Source of the DNA: a virus
Virus record (IMG/VR): IMGVR_UViG_3300042691_037929
Span: 5,899 to 69,898 of that record
Reading direction: 5' to 3' (one strand)
DNA length: 64,000 nucleotides
Part shown: positions 1-9,518 of the stretch, in pieces
Position numbering within the stretch: the first letter of the stretch is position 1
Layout: every line of letters starts with the position of its first letter
Position numbers and translations under genes: made by a program
Notes under the pieces: model-generated
Seen by the model: the letters and a program-made list of their open reading frames with translations, nothing else
Told to the model about the DNA's origin: nothing
Databases searched by the model: none

Positions 1-1
1 A

Positions 2-388
2 AAATTTACTTATGTAAAAGTTCCAACAACAGATGGTGTTTTGGGCGGTTATGAACTTTTTAAAATTCCTCAACCTACTTGGGTTGATGTTGAATATGAA
101 TTAAGATTTGTAACTCATTATATGCAGGATGTTAATATTTCTTATGAAAAAATGTTGGAAGAAGCATTTTCTGACGGTCAAGGTTATATGAAAATTAATG
201 GATATAACATACCAGCTATTTTGGGAGACCCGAGTGAAGATAATACTGTTGATAATATAGATTCAGATAGATATTTTCAATTAGTTTATCCTTTAACTGT
301 GTATTCTAGAATAGTAGACCCTAAGAAATTTGAGCGTGTTCAAACGATTACAAAAATTTCTATAGAAATTAGAGAGGATGAATGTTAG
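2..388 (+). CDS. 5'-truncated virion protein, probable tail terminator/neck (gp15-like)
   Basis: Frame is open from the window start (KFTYVKVPTTDGVLGGYELFKIPQP...). It lies directly upstream of the sheath gene; the P-x-x-V-D-V-x-Y-E motif fits tail completion proteins. Confidence 0.5.
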   Translation, partial: KFTYVKVPTTDGVLGGYELFKIPQPTWVDVEYELRFVTHYMQDVNISYEKMLEEAFSDGQGYMKINGYNIPAILGDPSEDNTVDNIDSDRYFQLVYPLTVYSRIVDPKKFERVQTITKISIEIREDEC

Positions 389-452
389 TTTTGATTTTTT
401 TTATCCTATTTATTGAAAAACTATAAACAAATTAATAAAAAACAATAATCAG

Positions 453-2801
453 ATGGCAACTATATTCGTATCGCCTGGTGTTTACACAAGAGAACAAGAT
501 TTCTCAGTTTTCGCATCAAGAGTAGGTTTAACTAAATTAGGACTTGTAGGTTTAACTGAAAAAGGTCCAGCTTTTGAACCAATCAAAGTAAGAAGTACAG
601 ATGAATTTCTTTTTAGATTTGGTGGAACAAATACTGAATTACAACTTCCTTATGTGGCAAATGCCTTTTTATCACAATCAAATGAATTAACTGTAACTAG
701 AGTTCTTGGTAAAGAAGGTTTCGTTGATTCTAACGCTTGGCTAATTAAAGCTGAAGGTTCTGGCGATAAGAATGGGGCTGTAATTGCAGTACTAAGAAGT
801 AAATCACCAGATGAAGGAACAAGCTTTTATGCTAACAATGAAACTGACATTCAAATAGGTGTAGTAACTGCTGGAGCTCCTTTGTCTAATTTTGTTTTAA
901 GTGCAAGTACTGGTTCTTATTTCTCTGCTTATACTTTGAATGTTACATTAGATGAAAGCAAAGAAAGTTATATAGTAAATGTTTTAGGTAAAAACCCTAA
1001 GAAACTAGACGGAGATTATGGTATATATGTTGAATCTATATATCCTCACTTCTTGAGAGAAGCTGTTTCTAGAGGAGAAATTACTGGAATTACTGCTCAA
1101 TTAGTTTATTCTAACGGTGACACATCATTTACAGAATATGCTAAAGATACAGAATATACAAATCCTTCAACACCTTGGATTGTTTCTAATGTTGTTGGTG
1201 GACAAGTAAGAGATTTGTTTAAGTTTCAATCAATTTCTGATGGTAATTCTGCCAACAGAGAAATAAAAATATCAATTACAAATATTGATACTATAACAAA
1301 AACTTTCGATGTATTAATTAGAGATTTTAACGATACTGATAGTTCTTCTTTCCAAACTGCACTTGAAAGATTTAGAGGCGTGTCAATGGACCCAACTCAA
1401 AGAAATTATATTGCAAGAGTAATTGGTACAACTGATGAAGAATATCCAAGACAATCTTTGTTTGTAACTATTGACATGGCTGAAGGGCATCCTTCAAATG
1501 TTGTTCCTGCTGGTTTTAAAGGATATTCTCAAAGACAGGCTGGATTAAGTGGTGAGACTGCTGCTCCATTCTATTATAAGACTAGTTATTTATCTGGAGA
1601 TTCTGTAAATAAAGTTTTCTTAGGAATTTCTGAATTAGCATATACAGGCTTTACTTCAAATCAAGTTAATTACGCAAATACAATAAATACAGTAGAGGCT
1701 GACATGTTTAAGTATGTTGGTGGACTTGCTAGTGGAATCACAACAATAGATGGTTTCCACCTTGAATCTACTGCTCCTGTTGGCTATATAAAAGGTGATT
1801 ATAATGCACTTAGTGGTTATACTAAAGCTGAAAGAAAATTCACTTTAGCTCCTGCAGGTGGTTTTGATGGATGGAATAAGTTTAGAACTCCAACTTTTAC
1901 AGTTAATTCAAGAGATAATTCAAATAGAGAAGCATTTAAAGAAGCTGTTGACATTTATGTAAACCCTGAAGAAGTTGACATTAACTTATTTGCAACTCCT
2001 GGTATAAACTATTCAGAAAATGAGGAAATAGTTAAATATGCACTTGGAATAATAGAAGATAGAGCAGATACTCTTTACATCATTGATTCTCCAAGGCTCA
2101 CTACTGACCAAGCAAAAGGAACTCCTGAAGAAGCAGTATTGAATATGCAAGATACAGGAATAGATTCTAGTTATGCAGCAACATATTGGCCTTGGGTTCA
2201 AATTGAAGACCAAACAAGTGGCAAATTTGTTTATATTGCTCCAACAGCAGAAGTTGTTAAATCAATTGCTTTAACTGATAATGTAGCATTCCCTTGGTTT
2301 GCGCCTGCAGGTATAAACAGAGGTACTGCTTCTGACATTGTTAGAAAAGCAGATATTAAGTTAAGTCAAGCACAAAGAGATACGTTATACGAAGGAAGAA
2401 TTAATCCAATTGCAACATTTGTTCAAAACGGAGTTGTAATATATGGTCAAAAAACTCTTCAAGTTAGACAGTCTGCTCTTGATAGAATTAATGTTAGAAG
2501 ATTACTGTTACAAATTAGAAGAATTGTTGCAGCTACTTCTCAGACATTATTGTTCGAACAAAACGACCAAACTTTAAGAGACCAGTTCTTATCTAAAGTT
2601 GAACCATTGTTGTTACAAATACAAAACCAAAGAGGTTTAAGTGGATTTAGAGTTGTAATGGATGAGTCTAATAACCCTGCAGAAGTTGTTGACAGAAATA
2701 CATTAGTAGGTAAGATTCAATTGAAACCAACTAGAACTGCTGAATTTATAGACCTTACGTTCCAAGTACTTCCTACTGGTGCTAGGTTTGAGGATTTTTA
2801 A
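453..2801 (+). CDS. Contractile tail sheath protein (T4 gp18-like)
   Basis: N-terminal FVSPGVYTREQD, plus WFAPAGINRG, RINPI, RINVRRLL and C-terminal KPTRTAEFI sheath motifs. Confidence 0.97.
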   Translation: MATIFVSPGVYTREQDFSVFASRVGLTKLGLVGLTEKGPAFEPIKVRSTDEFLFRFGGTNTELQLPYVANAFLSQSNELTVTRVLGKEGFVDSNAWLIKAEGSGDKNGAVIAVLRSKSPDEGTSFYANNETDIQIGVVTAGAPLSNFVLSASTGSYFSAYTLNVTLDESKESYIVNVLGKNPKKLDGDYGIYVESIYPHFLREAVSRGEITGITAQLVYSNGDTSFTEYAKDTEYTNPSTPWIVSNVVGGQVRDLFKFQSISDGNSANREIKISITNIDTITKTFDVLIRDFNDTDSSSFQTALERFRGVSMDPTQRNYIARVIGTTDEEYPRQSLFVTIDMAEGHPSNVVPAGFKGYSQRQAGLSGETAAPFYYKTSYLSGDSVNKVFLGISELAYTGFTSNQVNYANTINTVEADMFKYVGGLASGITTIDGFHLESTAPVGYIKGDYNALSGYTKAERKFTLAPAGGFDGWNKFRTPTFTVNSRDNSNREAFKEAVDIYVNPEEVDINLFATPGINYSENEEIVKYALGIIEDRADTLYIIDSPRLTTDQAKGTPEEAVLNMQDTGIDSSYAATYWPWVQIEDQTSGKFVYIAPTAEVVKSIALTDNVAFPWFAPAGINRGTASDIVRKADIKLSQAQRDTLYEGRINPIATFVQNGVVIYGQKTLQVRQSALDRINVRRLLLQIRRIVAATSQTLLFEQNDQTLRDQFLSKVEPLLLQIQNQRGLSGFRVVMDESNNPAEVVDRNTLVGKIQLKPTRTAEFIDLTFQVLPTGARFEDF

Positions 2802-2823
2802 TTTCTAATTATCAAATAAAATC

Positions 2824-2852
2824 AAAGGGATACAGAAATGTATCCCTTTTTT
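2824..2852 (+). terminator. Intrinsic terminator after sheath
   Basis: AAAGGGATACA-GAAA-TGTATCCCTTT hairpin followed by a T run. Confidence 0.85.
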
Positions 2853-2910
2853 ATTAAAGATTTATTTTTTAAAAAAAATAAAAAAAACAATAAAAATTTT
2901 TTTTGTTTCA

Positions 2911-2918
2911 TATTTATA
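2911..2918 (+). promoter_or_regulatory. Representative putative late promoter TATTTAT(A/T)
   Basis: Recurs shortly before most virion genes; positions are listed in the findings. Confidence 0.7.
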
Positions 2919-2952
2919 ATAGAACATAAGAAACAATTAAAAAAAAATAGAG

Positions 2953-3441
2953 ATGGCTGTAATGTTTAGACCAGTTCCAGTAGAACAGGAACCAAAAAGA
3001 AAAAATAGATTCGTACTTGAATTCCCTTCTGAATTAGGTATTGAATCATTCAATGTACAAACTTCTGGAAAACCTACAATAGAAATCGGTAGTACTGAAA
3101 TCCAATATATGAATACTAGCACATTCGTTGCAGGAAGATATAAGTGGAGCACAATTGATATTGAATTTATTGATGTAATAGGACCTTCTACTACTCAAAA
3201 GGTTATGGAGTGGGTTAGACTTCATGCAGAATCTGCAACTGGTAGAATGGGTTATGCTGTTGGTTACAAAAAGAATTTAGTACTTAAGGCTTTAGACCCA
3301 GTTGGTGTTGAAGTTGAAAAGTGGACTTTAATTGGATGCTTTATAACTAACGCTTCATTTGATAGTTATGATTATGGAGCAGATGATGTTTCTAGAGTAA
3401 AAATTACAGTACAGCCAGATAGATGTTTACTTAACGCATAA
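2953..3441 (+). CDS. Tail tube protein (T4 gp19-like)
   Basis: 162 aa, directly after the sheath; EPKRKNRF, VAGRYKW, LDPVGVEVEKWTLIGCF motifs. Confidence 0.93.
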   Translation: MAVMFRPVPVEQEPKRKNRFVLEFPSELGIESFNVQTSGKPTIEIGSTEIQYMNTSTFVAGRYKWSTIDIEFIDVIGPSTTQKVMEWVRLHAESATGRMGYAVGYKKNLVLKALDPVGVEVEKWTLIGCFITNASFDSYDYGADDVSRVKITVQPDRCLLNA

Positions 3442-3458
3442 AATAATAATAAATATAC

Positions 3459-3498
3459 AAAAAAAGGAGACTAATTTGATGCGGTCTCCTTTTTTTTT
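3459..3498 (+). terminator. Intrinsic terminator after tube
   Basis: A-run/GGAGAC...GTCTCC/T9 hairpin. Confidence 0.8.
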
Positions 3499-3532
3499 AC
3501 TATTTATTTTTAGCTATAAATTTATTTTGCAA

Positions 3533-3889
3533 ATGAGTTATTTAAGGTTATATAGAGATTTTTATTGTATAGAAATTGAAAATTTAAACGAAACATACAT
3601 TCCAATAAATGTCTTTGATGTAAGCGCTAATGTTATAATCAGAAATACAAATCAAACAATAGAAAGTCCAAATGTAATTTTTGAAACTTTAGGTAAATAT
3701 TATGTAGATTTAACGGCTGGACTATATAGTATTGATGAAACATATGAAATAAATTGGTTAGTTAAATATACAGCAGAAAGTCCATTAAAAAAATTAATAA
3801 CAAGATTTAAATTAGTTCCTATAGTAGTTGGTCAAAATGTCGACATTAGATTAGAAACTAATGAAATAAGATTAGAAATTATAAGTTAA
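3533..3889 (+). CDS. Small beta-rich putative virion protein
   Basis: ORF re-started at ATG 3533 because the track's start overlaps the terminator; TATTTATT at 3501. Confidence 0.55.
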   Translation: MSYLRLYRDFYCIEIENLNETYIPINVFDVSANVIIRNTNQTIESPNVIFETLGKYYVDLTAGLYSIDETYEINWLVKYTAESPLKKLITRFKLVPIVVGQNVDIRLETNEIRLEIIS

Positions 3890-3895
3890 TAAATT

Positions 3896-4255
3896 ATGTC
3901 ACAAGGTCAGAAACCATTTATAATAAAAAGAAATGATACAGCACCTGCTTTAATAGCAACTGTTTATGACAAAGGCTGTTTGGGTAACTGGGAAAGATTT
4001 AACCTTACTACAGTTACACAAATTAATTTTTCAATGATTGATGATTGTGGTGTATTAATTATTTCTTCTCAATCCGCTCAAACTATATCTGCTACCAGTG
4101 GAATTATACAATATAATTGGAAAGAAGGAGAAACTTCTATTTCTGGAAATTATGTTGGTGAATTTGAGCTTTTTTTTGCTGATGGAAAAAAAATGTCTTT
4201 ACCAAGAGAGGGTGGTATAAGCATTAAGATAGAAGATGATATAAATGATATGTAA
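3896..4255 (+). CDS. BppU-N-like baseplate/fibre adaptor protein
   Basis: FIIKRNDTAP...GIIQYNW..G.T...GNYVGEFE..FADG pattern typical of BppU N-terminal domains. Confidence 0.65.
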   Translation: MSQGQKPFIIKRNDTAPALIATVYDKGCLGNWERFNLTTVTQINFSMIDDCGVLIISSQSAQTISATSGIIQYNWKEGETSISGNYVGEFELFFADGKKMSLPREGGISIKIEDDINDM

Positions 4256-4265
4256 ATAAATAATT

Positions 4266-4820
4266 GTGTCTGGACAGTATTTTTATAAGATAAATGATAA
4301 TTTTTTACCAATTAGCGGTGGCACCGTTACTGGTGATAGCTACTTTAATGCTAGTTTATCTGCTAATACTTTTTACTCTGGTTCTACAAATCTTGAAGAT
4401 ATATTTTTAACTAGCACAGATATTTCTGGAACAACATTAACTGAAGGTAGTAACATTAATTTAGTACAAAATGGATTAAATTATAAAGTTTCAGTTCAAG
4501 ATTCTCCCAGCTTTAATAATGTAAGTTTTTCAGGCGAAGCTTTTGGAGGAAATATATATGCAGATACAATAACTGGTGAAACTTATTATGTAAACAATAA
4601 AATAGAACCATTAAATGATAATTCGGTTGACATTGGAAGTTCTTCTAAAAGATTTAGAAATATAAACACTGTCAGTGGAGCATCAACATTTTGGACTGCA
4701 TCAACTGAGGTTTATACACAAAATTTAAATCTTGGAAATGATTTACTTGGCAATTCAAGAATTATTACAGCAAATAATTCAGTTATTCAAGATGACACAT
4801 TGTTTGGAGGAACATATTAA
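4266..4820 (+). CDS. Short tail-fibre-like protein
   Basis: FLPISGGTVTG, one YSGSTNL module, C-terminal LFGGTY. Confidence 0.65.
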   Translation: MSGQYFYKINDNFLPISGGTVTGDSYFNASLSANTFYSGSTNLEDIFLTSTDISGTTLTEGSNINLVQNGLNYKVSVQDSPSFNNVSFSGEAFGGNIYADTITGETYYVNNKIEPLNDNSVDIGSSSKRFRNINTVSGASTFWTASTEVYTQNLNLGNDLLGNSRIITANNSVIQDDTLFGGTY

Positions 4821-4885
4821 ATTCAAATAAAAAAAAAATATATATTTATTAATAGTGATAAAAAATAAAAAATAAACAATAAAAA

Positions 4886-6547
4886 ATGGCAACTAGAAGC
4901 ACTACTCATGTATTAAAGAACTCGGATATAGTAAATAGACCGTTACCATCAGTCCTTATAAAAGGTGAACCTATTGTAAATACTGCAGATGGTATTGTTT
5001 TTTTCTCTGGTTTTACAACTTCAACATCTGAATGGACTGCAGCAGGAACTGGTTCTACAGCAAACTTTTTTGAAGTAGGTTCAAATCTTTATGATTTAAG
5101 ATTAAGAAATCAAATAATCGAATATCAAGGTCAAAATGGTGGAGCATTAGTTGGTAAGTTCTTAAGTGGTACAACAAGTGGATTTGTTTTAGGTAATATT
5201 TCGGAAATACAAGGAGTTACAACAAGAGTTCAGCCTGGAGTAAATATATATACTGGAGGAACTGCTGATAACCCAACAGTTAATCTTACAGCATCTCCTT
5301 CAATTGATAACCTTACTTTTTCAGGTACTGCAACTGGTGGAAATGTTTTTGCAACAAACGTAAGTGGTGGAACTATTTATTCTGGTTCAACAAACTTATA
5401 TGATATATTTGTTGACTCTGTAAATGCTGGTTCAAACACTACAATAGGAGGAACGGCTTCTAATCCAATAGTAAATTTAGTTGCATCACCTTCATTTAAT
5501 AATATCACTTATTCAGGAGTTTCAACTGGTGGAAGTTCAATAGCGACAAATGTATCTGCAACAACAGCATTTTACTCAGCAGGAACGTCTCTTGAGACTA
5601 TAATATATAACATTGCCAATTCTACAGAAAGTATTACAAGTGTACAGCCTGGAACAAATATAACAACTGGAGGTACTGCTACAAATCCAATTATAAATCT
5701 TACAGCATCACCTTCAGTTAACAATCTTACTTTTTCAGGTACTGCAACTGGTGGTAATATTTTTGCAACAAACGTAAGTGGTGGAACTATTTATTCTGGT
5801 TCAACAAACTTATATGACATATTTGTTGACTCTGTAAATGCTGGTTCAAATATTACAATAGGAGGAACGGCTTCTAATCCAATAGTTAACGTTTCTTCTT
5901 CGCCTACATTCTCTGGACTTGTATCTGCTACAGGATTTACAGATTCAAGTTTAACTCAAGGAAGAGTTGTTTATGTTGGAACAAGTGGTAGACTTGTTGA
6001 TGAATCTGGATTTGAATACAATGATTCAACAAACTTATTAACAGTTGGAAATATAAATGTAACAAATGCTTCTGGAACAACTGCAACAATTGGACAAGGA
6101 GGTTTAGTTATTGGTAGTGGAGGCTCAATATCAACTCCAGGAATAGGAAATTTAGTTGTTCATGGTGATTTAACTGTTTTCGGTACGGCTACTACAGTTG
6201 CTACAAGTGAGCTTTACGTTGAAGACCCTCAAATTACATTAAATTATAATCCTACAGGTAGTAGCATTGTAACATCAGTAGCTTCTGGTATAAGAATTCA
6301 AGATGGTAGTGGATTGGTTGCATCTTCAGCAGTAACAAACACTGACGTTTATTTGACTGTTGCTCAAATGAATACATTCACTGGTGGTGATGCTTCTGAA
6401 TATACTGGTTCTACTGGATATGTAAATAGAGCTTTCTTGACACAGTTAAATGATATAGTTATAAGAAATACTAATTTTAATAATGGTGCCCCAGATGGCG
6501 TTAGAGTTTTAGCTGAGTTTGATGTTTTAGACGGAGGAACTTATTAA
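4886..6547 (+). CDS. Tail fibre protein with repeated modules
   Basis: G/S/T-rich. N-terminal L-x-x-GE-x-x-x-NTAD fibre-anchor motif, several SPSxNN/GGTIYSGSTNLYDIF modules, C-terminal LDGGTY. Confidence 0.75.
   Translation: MATRSTTHVLKNSDIVNRPLPSVLIKGEPIVNTADGIVFFSGFTTSTSEWTAAGTGSTANFFEVGSNLYDLRLRNQIIEYQGQNGGALVGKFLSGTTSGFVLGNISEIQGVTTRVQPGVNIYTGGTADNPTVNLTASPSIDNLTFSGTATGGNVFATNVSGGTIYSGSTNLYDIFVDSVNAGSNTTIGGTASNPIVNLVASPSFNNITYSGVSTGGSSIATNVSATTAFYSAGTSLETIIYNIANSTESITSVQPGTNITTGGTATNPIINLTASPSVNNLTFSGTATGGNIFATNVSGGTIYSGSTNLYDIFVDSVNAGSNITIGGTASNPIVNVSSSPTFSGLVSATGFTDSSLTQGRVVYVGTSGRLVDESGFEYNDSTNLLTVGNINVTNASGTTATIGQGGLVIGSGGSISTPGIGNLVVHGDLTVFGTATTVATSELYVEDPQITLNYNPTGSSIVTSVASGIRIQDGSGLVASSAVTNTDVYLTVAQMNTFTGGDASEYTGSTGYVNRAFLTQLNDIVIRNTNFNNGAPDGVRVLAEFDVLDGGTY
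5312..5886 (+). repeat. Near-identical ~160 bp direct repeat (5312-5472 and 5726-5886), third diverged copy from ~10206
   Basis: CTTACTTTTTCAGGTACTGCAACTGGTGG...GGAGGAACGGCTTCTAATCCAATAGT occurs twice, 414 bp apart, with only a few substitutions. Confidence 0.9.
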
Positions 6548-6566
6548 TATATTTAAATTTTATTTT

Positions 6567-6597
6567 AAAAAAAGGACGAAAATACGTCCTTTTTTTT
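6567..6597 (+). terminator. Intrinsic (possibly bidirectional) terminator
   Basis: A7-GGACG-AAAATA-CGTCC-T8. Confidence 0.85.
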
Positions 6598-6719
6598 ATT
6601 AAATCATAAATAATGTTATAAAAAGACTAATAAGATTATTTACATTTTATTATTTTATAATATTTATCAAATAGGACTATATAGTCTTTTATATAAACAA
6701 ATTATTATAAGTCATAAAT

Positions 6720-8237
6720 ATGACAAATAGAAATACTACATTCCTAGTAAAAAGGTCAAATGTACCTGGAAAGATACCGTCTCCTGGCGACTTAAAGCTT
6801 GGAGAATTGGCTTTAAATACAGCTGATGCAATATTATATGCATCTGGAACTACTGCAAACGATATTTTACCAATAGGATGGGATAGAATCAATAGAACTG
6901 GAGATACAGTTAATGGTGATTTTGTCTTTAATGGTAGTATAGATGTCAATTCTTTATCTGCATCTACAATCTATTCTGGTTCTACGAACCTTTATGACAT
7001 ATTTTTAACTTCTGGAGACTTATCTGGAACATCGGTATCAGCTGGCTCAAATATTATAGTTCAACAATCAGGTAATGACTATAAGGTTTCAGTTTCTGGC
7101 TCACCAATCTTTAATCAACTTACAACTTCGGGTCTTACAACTATAAATTCAAATTTTATAGTAACAGGAAATACAAATCTTGAGGCAATGTCTGCGTCAA
7201 CAGTTTATGTTGAAGACTATATTCAATTTAATACTGGATATACACCAGGTGTTAGTACGGAAGGTAAGATGTATTGGGATGAACCAAATGGAACCATAAG
7301 TCTTGGTATGCATGGCTCTCAAGTATCGCAACAAATTGGTTTAGAATATTATTACTACGTAAAAAATCAAAGTGGAGCAACAATTGAAAATGGTCGTGTT
7401 GTAAGAGCAGCTGGAACGTTGGGGGCTTCTGGTAGAATTTTAGGTAAGTATATGATTGCAAATGGTACTATACCTGCTAAGTATACACTAGGTGTTGCCA
7501 CTGAAGACATAATAAATGGAGATGATGGTTATGTAACTGAATTTGGATTAGTTAGAGGGATTGATACAACAGGTACTCCTTATGGTGAAACATGGAGTGA
7601 AGGTGATGTATTGTGGGTGTCTCCGACATTTGAGGGTGGATTAACCAATGTTGAGCCAAATTTCCCTAACTTGAAGATAGAAATGGCTATAGTAATTAGA
7701 GCTAATGCCAATGGTTCTATTTTCGTAAGACCACACAGATACCCGTCTACAAATGAAATTCAGGACATAATTTCTTCAGGTAGAACAAATAATTCCATTC
7801 TTCAGTATAATGCTTCGATTAGTGGATATACAAATACGACAACTCCGACTCTGACTTCAGTTAGCGCAACAACAATATCAGGAGGAACAATATACTCAGG
7901 CTCAACTGATTTATCGGCTATTTTTCAGCCGATAAACAAAAGTCCTTATAATACATTTATTTTAACAGCAGGAACAAGTTATAGTTTTTCGGGCACAGTA
8001 AATACTTTGTCGATAAATAAAACAGCTGGGTCAGCCACGCAAGTAAATTTACCTTCAAATCCTAATACAAATGACTTCTTTGTAGTTAAAGATAGAGCAG
8101 GTGTTTCATTTACGTATCCGATAACGATGTCAGGAGGAACAAAGACAATTGATGGAAACACATCATATGTTATAAAACTTAGAAATAATCCATCACTCAC
8201 CTTCCTATATGACGGTGAAGAATATATAGTAATTTAA
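6720..8237 (+). CDS. Tail fibre protein with Mtd-N-like N-terminus
   Basis: KRSNVPGKIPSPGDLKLGELALNTAD N-terminus, YSGSTNL modules, GVATEDI...GYVTEFGLVRGIDT domain, C-terminal TIDG...L..LYDG domain. Confidence 0.75.
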   Translation: MTNRNTTFLVKRSNVPGKIPSPGDLKLGELALNTADAILYASGTTANDILPIGWDRINRTGDTVNGDFVFNGSIDVNSLSASTIYSGSTNLYDIFLTSGDLSGTSVSAGSNIIVQQSGNDYKVSVSGSPIFNQLTTSGLTTINSNFIVTGNTNLEAMSASTVYVEDYIQFNTGYTPGVSTEGKMYWDEPNGTISLGMHGSQVSQQIGLEYYYYVKNQSGATIENGRVVRAAGTLGASGRILGKYMIANGTIPAKYTLGVATEDIINGDDGYVTEFGLVRGIDTTGTPYGETWSEGDVLWVSPTFEGGLTNVEPNFPNLKIEMAIVIRANANGSIFVRPHRYPSTNEIQDIISSGRTNNSILQYNASISGYTNTTTPTLTSVSATTISGGTIYSGSTDLSAIFQPINKSPYNTFILTAGTSYSFSGTVNTLSINKTAGSATQVNLPSNPNTNDFFVVKDRAGVSFTYPITMSGGTKTIDGNTSYVIKLRNNPSLTFLYDGEEYIVI

Positions 8238-8255
8238 TTTGAAATATTTATTAAT

Positions 8256-9509
8256 ATGAGCTTTACACTTAATAATGAAATAAGTTTTTCTGACAGTCCA
8301 AATATAGATGCATTTGGTAGGTTGAGAACTAGTAATCCACAAGCTTTATTTTCATTCAATCAAACGCTTACAAGTGGTGCTACTATTATGGAAACATATA
8401 CAAGTGGTGGTACTGTAACTTTTAATTCAGGTGCATCTGAAACCCAATTCAACGTAACTGCAAATGGGCATAGAGTACTAAGGGAACAACATGGTTATAA
8501 TATTTATCAGCCAGGCAAGTCTCAGTTAATATTTTTAACTGGAGTCTTTGGAACGCCGACAGCAAACGTTACAAAGAGAATGGGATATTACAATGACGAA
8601 AATGGTTTATTCTTTTCTCAAACTGGTGGTACTAACACTTTTGGCGTTGTCTTAAGGTCTGATACAAGCGGTTCGATAGTTGATACATTCATACCACAAA
8701 GTCAATGGAATTTAGACACATTAGATACTGGAAACACTTTAAACCCAAGCGGAATTCATTTGGATGTCACTAAGACAAATATTTTCTTAATAAATTTTCA
8801 ATGGCTAGGAGTTGGTAGAGTTATTTTTGGTTTAGATATAGATGGAGTTATAATTCCTGTACATCAAATTTTAAATGCCAACAATAAAACTTCGGTTTAT
8901 ATGAGAACCCCAAATCTACCAGTTAGATATGAAGTAACTTCTCAAGGCGGAACTGATAATACATTTAAGCAAATATGCTCATCTGTTATTTCAGAGGGAG
9001 GACAAGAACAGTTTGGTTTTACAACAGCAGTTTCTAATGGATTAAATACAAGAACATTTGCTTCTGAACAAGCAGTTATATCTGTTAGGTTGTCTCAACT
9101 TTTTAAAGGTAGAACAAATAGAATTTCAATCATACCATTATCTATTGATTTGTTAACAACTACAACAACTGTAACGGCAGAATGGAAGCTGATATTACAA
9201 AGGGGTTTTGCTGGAGAAAATAATCTAGGTGGCTCTCCAACATGGAATGCTTGGACTGCGACGACTGAAGGAACTCTGTTAGAATATTCAACAAATGGTA
9301 CAATTGTAACTGGAGGAACTGTTTTAGATAGTGGCTATGTATTCACAACAAATCAAGTTGGGTCTAAATCTACCAATTCAATAGTTAGGAGTAAAGATTT
9401 CTTATCATTAGACTTTTCAGGAACAACTTCAGATTGGTTACATTTAGTTGTAAGTCCAAGTGTAAGCTCATCTTGGTCAGGTAAAATTTCATTATTAGCA
9501 CAATATTAA
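8256..9509 (+). CDS. Putative virion/receptor-binding protein
   Basis: DAFGRLRTSNP, YQPGKSQL, FQWLGVG, TPNLPVRYE motifs; beta-rich; inside the fibre cluster. Confidence 0.55.
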   Translation: MSFTLNNEISFSDSPNIDAFGRLRTSNPQALFSFNQTLTSGATIMETYTSGGTVTFNSGASETQFNVTANGHRVLREQHGYNIYQPGKSQLIFLTGVFGTPTANVTKRMGYYNDENGLFFSQTGGTNTFGVVLRSDTSGSIVDTFIPQSQWNLDTLDTGNTLNPSGIHLDVTKTNIFLINFQWLGVGRVIFGLDIDGVIIPVHQILNANNKTSVYMRTPNLPVRYEVTSQGGTDNTFKQICSSVISEGGQEQFGFTTAVSNGLNTRTFASEQAVISVRLSQLFKGRTNRISIIPLSIDLLTTTTTVTAEWKLILQRGFAGENNLGGSPTWNAWTATTEGTLLEYSTNGTIVTGGTVLDSGYVFTTNQVGSKSTNSIVRSKDFLSLDFSGTTSDWLHLVVSPSVSSSWSGKISLLAQY

Positions 9510-9518
9510 TAAACAAAA

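Noticed and set aside
453-3441. Bacterial contractile injection system (eCIS/T6SS) instead of phage
   Set aside because: Terminase, portal, holin and a full replication set in the same window indicate a phage genome.
5312-5886. Repeat pair as diversity-generating retroelement TR/VR
   Set aside because: Differences include C/T changes and are not adenine-specific, both copies are in-frame coding, and no reverse transcriptase is in the window.
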